From contig JAUWWY010000001.1 in NCBI GenBank assembly GCA_030616605.1, positions 4,251 to 68,250 of the forward strand: DNA of 64,000 nt. The letters run 5' to 3'. The position numbers and the translations under genes were made by a program. Under the pieces are notes generated by a model, which worked only from the letters and a program-made list of their open reading frames with translations, had not been told where the DNA came from and made no database searches. Shown here piece after piece: positions 10,790 to 17,385 of this stretch; the stretch's first letter is position 1, and every line of letters starts with the position of its first letter. This DNA is from a bacterium. Its GTDB lineage: Bacteria > Patescibacteriota > Minisyncoccia > Minisyncoccales > CG1-02-41-26.

Positions 10790-13426
10790 TTGATGAGCCC
10801 AACTATAATCAGGCTGGTTACTGATTGGTTTTGGTTTAAAGAAATTGGTTTTGAAAACATTTTTACAACAATTTTAGTGACCAAAATTATATTAGCTTTT
10901 GTTATTGGTTTTATTGCTTTTGCTTTAATTTATCTCAATTTAAAGATTGCCTCTCGTCTTACTAAAAACCGCCCAATACCGGTTCAGCCCGGGGAAAAGA
11001 GAGGGACTGAGATCCCTTTGAATATTGGAGAGCAGATTGACAACTTTTTATTTCCTTTCTCTTTAGTCATCGGTTTTCTTACTGGATTAGTTGGGACTGC
11101 TAATTGGCAGACTGTTCTTCAGTATCTTAATTCTACTTCTTTCAACATTCTTGACCCAATTTTTGGTAGAGATATTTCTTTTTATTTCTTTAATCTGCCC
11201 TTTTTACAGATGGTGATTGGATTTTTGCTTTGGATTATTTTTATTTCCTTGATAGGTTCGGTTTTAATCTATTTTAGCCGAGGGGGATATTTTTTCTTTA
11301 AAGAGAAAATTCCCAAGATTCATATTTCATTGCTTTTATTCTTTCTCTTTCTGATATTTGCCGTTGAAACTTATCTTATAAAAATTCCTAATTTACTCTA
11401 TTCCACTACCGGTCCCTTTACTGGAGCAAGCTATACTGATATTCATGCCACCTTGCCGATTTTGAAAATATTGACCCTAATCTTATTGACTGGAGCAGTG
11501 GTATCTATTATTAATATTTTTAGAAAAGACAATCGCCCTTTGTTTTTAATAGTTGGTCTTTATTTGGCAGTTTCTATTTTAGGAGGTTGGCTCTATCCAG
11601 TAATTTTACAAAAATTTATCGTGGAGCCAAACGAACTAATCAAAGAATCTCCTTACATTCTTAATAATATCGCTGCTACCCAAAAAGCCTTTAAACTGGA
11701 TGAGGTTGAGGAGCATGACTTAAGCGGGGAAACTACTTTAACTTTAGAGGACATCAGAAATAACGAAGCCACCATTAAAAATGTTCGCCTTTGGGACAGA
11801 GAACCTCTTTTGGATACCTTTGGTCAGGTTCAAGAGATACGCACTTATTATGACTTTATTTCCATTGATAATGACCGCTACCAAATTAACGGGGAATATC
11901 GTCAAATTATGCTTTCTCCCAGAGAATTGAATTCTGAAAGTTTACCCCACCGAACTTTTATCAACGAGCGTCTGACTTTTACTCACGGTTTCGGTTTAAC
12001 CTTGGGGCCGGTTAATGAAATGACCAAAGAGGGATTACCGGTTTTGTTTATAAAAGACCTTCCGCCGATTTCCACTACTGAATCTCTTAAAATTACTCGC
12101 CCGGAAATCTATTTTGGAGAACTTTCCAGCGATTATGTCTTTGTCAAAACCAAAGCCAAAGAATTTGATTATCCTTTTGGCGAAGAAAATGTTTTTAGCG
12201 ATTATCAGGGAGATGGGGGAGTGTCGATTGATTCATTATCGAGAAAAGCTCTTTTTGCTATCCGGTTTAAAGAGTTGAAAATTTTATTATCTGATGACAT
12301 TACTGCTCAGAGTCGGGTTATGTATTATCGCAATATTAACGAGAGAGTAAAAAGAGTTCTTCCTTTCTTAGAGTTGGACCAGGACCCCTATTTGGTAATT
12401 ACCGAAAATGGAGAATTAAAATGGATTTATGATACCTATACTATTAGTAGTCTTTATCCTTATTCTCAAAGGGTGGGTGCTTCAGCGGAGACAAAAGGCA
12501 TAAACTATATCCGGAACGCAGTCAAAGTGGTTATTAATGCTTACGATGGAAAAATGAAGTTTTATATCTCAGACCCGGAAGACCCCCTCATTCAGACCTA
12601 TAGTAAAATTTTTAAGGAAACGTTTCTACCTCTGGAAGAAATGCCAGAAGATTTAAGAAGACACCTCCGTTACCCAGAGGATATTTTCGGTCTTCAAACT
12701 GCTCTTTATACTATCTATCACATGGAGCAGGTCCAGATTTTTTACAACAAAGAAGACCAATGGCAGGTTTCAGTTATAGCTGAAGGAATAGGAGACCCAA
12801 TGATGCGCCATATTATAATGAAACTGCCCGGGAAAACCAAAGAAGAATTTATTTTAATGATTCCTTTTACTCCTCAAGGAAAAGATAATTTAGCTGCCTG
12901 GATGGTTGCCAGGTCAGATGGAGAAAATTACGGCAAATTAATGGTCTATCGTTTTCCAAAACAAAGATTAGTTTTTGGTCCCAAGCAAATTATTAACCGA
13001 ATTAACCAGAATCCAGAGATTTCCCAACAAATTTCTCTTTGGGACCAAAGAGGTTCTGAGGTTAATCTCGGTCCTTTGCTGGTTATTCCTATTGAAGAAT
13101 CGCTTTTGTATGTCAGACCTTTATACCTTCGGGCTGAAGGAGGCAAAATCCCAGAGTTAAAAAGAGTAATTGTTGCTTATGAGAATCAGATTGCTATGGA
13201 AGAAACTCTGGAAGAATCGCTTAATCAGATTTTTGCTGTGGGTGAAGAAAAATTGCCTGAATTAGACTTTGAAGAAAAAGAGATTCCTTCTCCAAGCCAG
13301 CAAAATCTTATTTCCCAGGCCAAAAACCATTTTCAGCGAGCTCTTCAAGCCCAGAAAGACGGCAACTGGGCTCTTTACGGTCAAGAAATAGAAAAATTAG
13401 GTCAAATTTTAGACCAATTGAGATAA
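10790..13426 (+). CDS. UPF0182 family membrane protein; true start probably ATG 10737 across an A7 frameshift
   Basis: TDWFWFKEIG, GASYTDIHA, FTHGFG, NYIRNAVK, IPELKRVIV. Confidence 0.92.
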   Translation: MMSPTIIRLVTDWFWFKEIGFENIFTTILVTKIILAFVIGFIAFALIYLNLKIASRLTKNRPIPVQPGEKRGTEIPLNIGEQIDNFLFPFSLVIGFLTGLVGTANWQTVLQYLNSTSFNILDPIFGRDISFYFFNLPFLQMVIGFLLWIIFISLIGSVLIYFSRGGYFFFKEKIPKIHISLLLFFLFLIFAVETYLIKIPNLLYSTTGPFTGASYTDIHATLPILKILTLILLTGAVVSIINIFRKDNRPLFLIVGLYLAVSILGGWLYPVILQKFIVEPNELIKESPYILNNIAATQKAFKLDEVEEHDLSGETTLTLEDIRNNEATIKNVRLWDREPLLDTFGQVQEIRTYYDFISIDNDRYQINGEYRQIMLSPRELNSESLPHRTFINERLTFTHGFGLTLGPVNEMTKEGLPVLFIKDLPPISTTESLKITRPEIYFGELSSDYVFVKTKAKEFDYPFGEENVFSDYQGDGGVSIDSLSRKALFAIRFKELKILLSDDITAQSRVMYYRNINERVKRVLPFLELDQDPYLVITENGELKWIYDTYTISSLYPYSQRVGASAETKGINYIRNAVKVVINAYDGKMKFYISDPEDPLIQTYSKIFKETFLPLEEMPEDLRRHLRYPEDIFGLQTALYTIYHMEQVQIFYNKEDQWQVSVIAEGIGDPMMRHIIMKLPGKTKEEFILMIPFTPQGKDNLAAWMVARSDGENYGKLMVYRFPKQRLVFGPKQIINRINQNPEISQQISLWDQRGSEVNLGPLLVIPIEESLLYVRPLYLRAEGGKIPELKRVIVAYENQIAMEETLEESLNQIFAVGEEKLPELDFEEKEIPSPSQQNLISQAKNHFQRALQAQKDGNWALYGQEIEKLGQILDQLR

Positions 13427-13427
13427 A

Positions 13428-13469
13428 AAAACCCTGGATTAGAATTTTATTTATTTAATCCAGGGTTTT
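13428..13469. terminator. Bidirectional terminator hairpin
   Basis: AAAACCCTGGATTA / TAATCCAGGGTTTT between convergent genes. Confidence 0.75.
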
Positions 13470-13976
13470 ATCATCAGTGATAATCACTTCAATTCCCTTT
13501 TGAACTAAAGGGAAAAGTTGAAGCATATCAGGTATAGAAAGGCCAATACAACCATTTGAAGTTGCGAGACCAATAGTTTCTGAACAAGTTACTGAATGAA
13601 TACTGTATCTTTTTTCACCTCCTTTATATTCAAGTCCGAGTGCTCTCATTTTACTGTAGTCAATTCTTTTTAATCCATTAGCACAATCAGCCCATGGAAG
13701 GAATTCCCCTTTTTTAGGCCCAGTAAGATACCTGAATACAGGACGTTCACGTTTAATCCAGATTATAGCTTTACCTGATGGGGTCGGCAAGATAGAACTT
13801 CCTACCCGAATAGGAAAACTAAATATCAGACTGTCATTTTCAAAAAAACTCAAAATCCTGCTGTTTAAATGTATTTTTATTAGTTGGTTAGATGCTGATT
13901 CAGTTTCTTCAGCAGACAGAAAATTGAAATAGGTAAGATGAATTAACAGTATTGCGAGAAGTACAGTTTTTAGCAT
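13455..13976 (-). CDS. L,D-transpeptidase (YkuD-like), secreted
   Basis: Signal peptide; PTPSG; YSIH...TSNGCIGL catalytic His/Cys; AGGAGG SD. Confidence 0.8.
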   Translation of the reverse strand: MLKTVLLAILLIHLTYFNFLSAEETESASNQLIKIHLNSRILSFFENDSLIFSFPIRVGSSILPTPSGKAIIWIKRERPVFRYLTGPKKGEFLPWADCANGLKRIDYSKMRALGLEYKGGEKRYSIHSVTCSETIGLATSNGCIGLSIPDMLQLFPLVQKGIEVIITDDKTLD

Positions 13977-14006
13977 TAGTCCCTCCTGTTGAATATTTCT
14001 TGATTA

Positions 14007-14073
14007 TTATTGTCAATGTACAAATTAAGTATTTATAATATATAATATATATTCATTATTGTCAAAGAATATT
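14007..14073 (-). promoter_or_regulatory. Promoter/leader module copy A (TTGACA-17-TATATT plus boxA-like GTACATTGACAA)
   Basis: Near-identical to 14606-14674. Confidence 0.8.
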
Positions 14074-14101
14074 TAAAAATGAGGAAGGAGTAAAGTAATA
14101 A

Positions 14102-14135
14102 AAAAAGTCCTCTTAATTCATTAAGAGGACTTTTT
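14102..14135 (-). terminator. Intrinsic terminator of WG-repeat gene
   Basis: AAAAAGTCCTCTTAA / TTAAGAGGACTTTTT. Confidence 0.85.
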
Positions 14136-14152
14136 GATTGTTTTGGATTGTA

Positions 14153-14590
14153 TTAATCCACTTTGCTTCCGTCGGGACGAATATGGAATCGCTTGCCTTC
14201 CTTTCTGGCCCAAGCCAGGCCTTTAAGGAAGACACTGACAGAGTCATACCTTTGCTTGTAAGCAGGGGTTCCGTCAGGATGAATGTGGAAGTACTTGCCG
14301 TTCTTTCCGACCTGGGCCAGGCCTTCATAGAAGACACTGACAGAGTCATACCTCTGCTCATAAGCAGGAGTTCCGTCAGGACGAATGTGGAACCACTTGT
14401 TGCCCTTTTTGGCCTGAGCTAGACCGTCTTGGAAGATACCGACCCAGTCATACCTCTGCTCGTAGGCAGGGGTTCCGTCAGGATGAATGTGGAAGTACTC
14501 CTCACCCTTTCCAGCATCAGCCAGGTCTTCGTGGAAGATACCGACGTGGTCATACATCTTCAACAGCTCTTTTCTTGTTAGAGTTTTCAT
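14153..14590 (-). CDS. WG-repeat (KWG/WG_beta_rep-like) protein, about four 36-aa repeats
   Basis: Repeats YDxVxxFxxGLAxxxKxGKxFHIxPDGTPAY; 108-bp DNA periodicity; AAGGAG SD. Confidence 0.8.
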   Translation of the reverse strand: MKTLTRKELLKMYDHVGIFHEDLADAGKGEEYFHIHPDGTPAYEQRYDWVGIFQDGLAQAKKGNKWFHIRPDGTPAYEQRYDSVSVFYEGLAQVGKNGKYFHIHPDGTPAYKQRYDSVSVFLKGLAWARKEGKRFHIRPDGSKVD

Positions 14591-14605
14591 TCCTTTTCTC
14601 CTTTG

Positions 14606-14674
14606 TTATTGTCAATGTTCAAGTTAAAAGTATTTATAGTATATAATATATATTCATTATTGTCAAAGAATATT
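14606..14674 (-). promoter_or_regulatory. Promoter/leader module copy B (TTGACA-17-TATACT plus boxA-like GAACATTGACAA)
   Basis: Near-identical to 14007-14073. Confidence 0.8.
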
Positions 14675-14698
14675 AGCATAGGATAGGATTAAACCTTC

Positions 14699-14744
14699 TT
14701 GACAAGCTTTTATAGAGCTACATAATGGAGGTGTTCTTTCAAAA
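14699..14744 (+). promoter_or_regulatory. Sigma70-type promoter plus boxA-like motif for ncRNA copy 1
   Basis: TTGACA 14699-14704, CATAAT 14721-14726, GTTCTTTCAAAA 14733-14744. Confidence 0.65.
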
Positions 14745-14755
14745 TATACCATTGA

Positions 14756-14961
14756 GAACTTGTTAGCTGGGCGTCGGATATTAGCATGGTGCTAAAAGTG
14801 TAAAATACTACCCGTAAAAGTGTGAGTGGGCCTACCTTGTCTATTAAGGTCTCATACACAACCTACCGTAGGTTCTAAGTTCGGAATAACAATGGCCAAA
14901 ACAGGAGGGTGTTCCTGAAAGCTTCCTGGGCGTGCAGCTAACAACATTTATCTGGTCCATC
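14756..14961 (+). ncRNA. Candidate structured ncRNA / cis-regulatory RNA, copy 1 (family not recognised)
   Basis: Closing stem TTGTTAGCTG/CAGCTAACAA; inner stems GTGTGAG/CTCATAC, ACCTT/AAGGT, CAGGAGG/CTTCCTG; homologous to 15553-15781. Confidence 0.7.
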
Positions 14962-14988
14962 TCAATATAATCAGAAAGGAGGTGCGTG

Positions 14989-15432
14989 ATGGAATATACA
15001 CGCGACGGACCTGTACTCGAGGTGCGTGTTGACTATGCTCTTTCCTTCAATGAGATGGTAAGAGCTGGGAAATACGACGAGGTGAATAGTAATATCACAG
15101 CAAGACACTTTCCAGTGAAAGGGAAAGATAATATGAATGTCAAAATCGAGCTTGTGCAATTCAGTCTGGATATGAGTTCAGAGCAGGTGCTTATTGAACT
15201 CTTTCAGACAGGTCTTCGGCCGGCACTCATCGAAGAACTCCTTGCAGTTGGAGTTCTTTATCCAGAGCTTCAGCGACAGTTTCCAATTGTCGAACTTGGC
15301 TCTGTATGGCGGCAGCCGGAGGGCGGTCGCAGCGTGGCATATCTCGTAGGCAATGTTCATAAACGCGGTCTCTACCTCACTTGGTGGAGTACTGGGTGGT
15401 TACCTCGGCACCGGTTCATTGTCGTTCGCTAA
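14989..15432 (+). CDS. Hypothetical protein resembling CPR DGR target (CLec-like C-terminal variable region)
   Basis: AGGAGGT SD; LRPALIEELLA..YPELQRQFPIVELGSVW..R.V.YL..R.L.L.W...W....RFIVVR pattern. Confidence 0.6.
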   Translation: MEYTRDGPVLEVRVDYALSFNEMVRAGKYDEVNSNITARHFPVKGKDNMNVKIELVQFSLDMSSEQVLIELFQTGLRPALIEELLAVGVLYPELQRQFPIVELGSVWRQPEGGRSVAYLVGNVHKRGLYLTWWSTGWLPRHRFIVVR

Positions 15433-15468
15433 AACCCCTGTATAAAATGTATTAATGCAGGGGTTTTT
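15431..15468 (+). terminator. Intrinsic terminator
   Basis: AAAACCCCTGTAT / ATGCAGGGGTTTT immediately after stop. Confidence 0.8.
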
Positions 15469-15493
15469 CTTTGAAAATGACCAGTACAAAGGA

Positions 15494-15548
15494 TTGACAT
15501 AAAATTTAGATTAGCATAAAATTATAAAATAAAGATGTTCTTTTAAAA
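15494..15548 (+). promoter_or_regulatory. Sigma70-type promoter plus boxA-like motif for ncRNA copy 2
   Basis: TTGACA 15494-15499, 17 nt, TAAAAT 15517-15522; GTTCTTTTAAAA 15537-15548. Confidence 0.7.
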
Positions 15549-15552
15549 TATA

Positions 15553-15781
15553 GAACTTGTTAGCTATGCGTTGGATTATTACCCACCATCGCTAAAAGTG
15601 TGAGGGGCCTACCTTGTCCGCTAAGGTCTCACACTCCTACCTCTAGCCCCCACCGGACGGTAAAGGAATCTGAGCTAATGGCCAATACAGGAGGGCGTGA
15701 TGCGACTGGCTCTCAATAACAATAAAACGCAATCTGAAAACCTCCTGAGCGTATAGCTAACAATATTTATCTGGTCCACCT
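15553..15781 (+). ncRNA. Candidate structured ncRNA, copy 2 (stand-alone, ends in terminator)
   Basis: 15-bp closing stem 15557-15571/15749-15763; AGTGTGAG/CTCACACT; CAGGAGG/CCTCCTG; no ORF of 60 aa or more. Confidence 0.72.
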
Positions 15782-15804
15782 GATATATAAAAGGTGGACT
15801 TTTT
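15773..15804 (+). terminator. Intrinsic terminator of ncRNA copy 2
   Basis: GGTCCACCT / AGGTGGACT followed by T run. Confidence 0.75.
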
Positions 15805-15976
15805 CTTGACGGGGTGAAAGAGGGCTATGTCCCGAGGCTTAGCCTCAGGAATTTCCCGAAGCGAAACTTCGGGAAAACTTGACATCAGGAAAACTTGACA
15901 TGCTTTTTATATTTCATTATCATTTAGAGTATAATAATCAAAAAGGTCGGAAATTTAAAATTTAATCAAAAGACCT

Positions 15977-16807
15977 ATGAGAAAAATATTTTTAGGAATT
16001 TTAGTAATAGTCGTAAGTTTAGCCCTTTCTGGAGTAGCTACAGCAATGCTTATTCCGGCAGCTGAGCAGGCAAGAGATAAAGCACCATTAACACCACCTG
16101 GTCTAGAAAAGGTTGTTTTTATTCACTATGAGAAAGGACATGGAAGAATTTGTGACAATGACGGAGTTTGCGAACCAGAGATTGGAGAAAATCCAAGTTG
16201 TGCAGATTGTAAAAAGGATAAAGAAGAGCCAGGCGATCCAGATACAAGTTCTTGCTACGCCTTTTTGGGAAGAGGGGTTGAATGGAAAGAGTTGCCAGTG
16301 AATTATTTCATTGACCCGGACAATCAAGACGGGTTAACAGAAGAGTTTGTGATTAGTGCAATTTCAGCTGGAGCAGAAGAATGGGATAATCACACAAGTG
16401 CCGACCTTTTTGGAACTTATACAGTAGACTATAATTCAAGTTGGGATAATGATGCTCCTGATAATAGAAATGAATTAGTATTTGGAGATTATCCACAGGA
16501 CGGAGTAATCGCAGTAGCGATAATTTGGGGATATTTCGGAGGAAGGCCAAGTGCAAGAGAAATCGTTGAATTTGATGTCTTATTTGATACAGACTTTACT
16601 TGGGGAGATGCAAATATTGACGAAACAGTAATGGATCTCCAGAATATTGCCACCCATGAAATTGGTCACGGTGCTGGTTTAGGTGATTTATACGATACAG
16701 TTTGCGCTGAAGAAACAATGTATGGTTACTCTAATTACGGAGATATAAAGAAGAGAGATTTAAATGTCGGTGATATCGTAGGTATTCAGACATTATACGG
16801 AAACTAA
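15977..16807 (+). CDS. Secreted metzincin (matrixin/M10-like) metallopeptidase
   Basis: Signal peptide; HEIGHGAGLGD; Met-turn ETMY. Confidence 0.8.
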   Translation: MRKIFLGILVIVVSLALSGVATAMLIPAAEQARDKAPLTPPGLEKVVFIHYEKGHGRICDNDGVCEPEIGENPSCADCKKDKEEPGDPDTSSCYAFLGRGVEWKELPVNYFIDPDNQDGLTEEFVISAISAGAEEWDNHTSADLFGTYTVDYNSSWDNDAPDNRNELVFGDYPQDGVIAVAIIWGYFGGRPSAREIVEFDVLFDTDFTWGDANIDETVMDLQNIATHEIGHGAGLGDLYDTVCAEETMYGYSNYGDIKKRDLNVGDIVGIQTLYGN

Positions 16808-17047
16808 TTATTCAAGTATTAAAAGATAACTAATAACAAAATCTCTTAATTTTGAGAGATTTTGTTGTTTAAGAGTTGACAAAGCAAAATATTGGGTGTA
16901 TATTTGGGTGTATATTTAAGAAATGTCGCGCTCACTAAATTACGTAGTAGAAGTTTTTTCTGCAAAGTAAGTCTTACTAAGTTTTTAGTAGTAAAAAAGT
17001 CGGGGGTGAGTCGTTAAATTAAATTAAATAAATCTTAAGAGAAAAAA

Positions 17048-17302
17048 ATGGAAAAGAAACTTTATATCGGAAGTCTGTCTTATGATACAACTGAAGACAG
17101 TCTCCGTGATTTTTTCTCCAAAGCTGGTGAAGTAGTTTCAGTAGCTATCATCATAGACAGAGTTTCCGGCAGGTCAAAAGGATTTGGTTTTGTAGAAATG
17201 GCTACAGAAAAAGATGCCAAAAAAGCCAAAGATACCTTAGATGGAAAAGAATTAGATGGAAGAACTATTGTAGTTGATGAAGCTAAACCAATGAGGAGAT
17301 AA
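17048..17302 (+). CDS. RRM RNA-binding protein
   Basis: RNP2 LYIGSL, RNP1 KGFGFVEM. Confidence 0.95.
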   Translation: MEKKLYIGSLSYDTTEDSLRDFFSKAGEVVSVAIIIDRVSGRSKGFGFVEMATEKDAKKAKDTLDGKELDGRTIVVDEAKPMRR

Positions 17303-17313
17303 AGACAACAGAA

Positions 17314-17347
17314 GGGACAGCCGCGTCTGACGCGGCTGTCTCTTTTG
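17314..17347 (+). terminator. Palindromic terminator after RRM gene
   Basis: GACAGCCGCGTC-T-GACGCGGCTGTC then T-rich tail. Confidence 0.7.
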
Positions 17348-17385
17348 TTTTAGGAAAAAATTTGGTATTCTGAGGAAAGGAAATA

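Noticed and set aside
14113..14422. ORFs 14113..14361 (-) and 14138..14422 (+)
   Set aside because: Shadow frames of the WG-repeat gene; no SD or promoter
14150..14560. 108-bp repeats as a CRISPR array
   Set aside because: Repeats are contiguous, in-frame coding units with no unique spacers and no cas genes
15580..15655. Complementarity of ncRNA copy 2 variable loops (ACCCACCA, AGCCCC) to the G-rich tract at 53112-53128
   Set aside because: Only 6-8 nt of low-complexity match; copy 1 shows no equivalent
14760..15763. GTTAGCT...AGCTAAC read as integron attC core sites
   Set aside because: No short attC hairpin joins an AAC box to the next GTT box (about 600 bp and a gene intervene), no clear L boxes, and no integrase in the window
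14756..15781. Duplicated element as MITE, c-di-AMP riboswitch (CAGCTAAC), hammerhead or group I/II intron
   Set aside because: Conservation extends beyond the inverted repeat, no target-site duplication seen, and the diagnostic cores of these RNAs are absent
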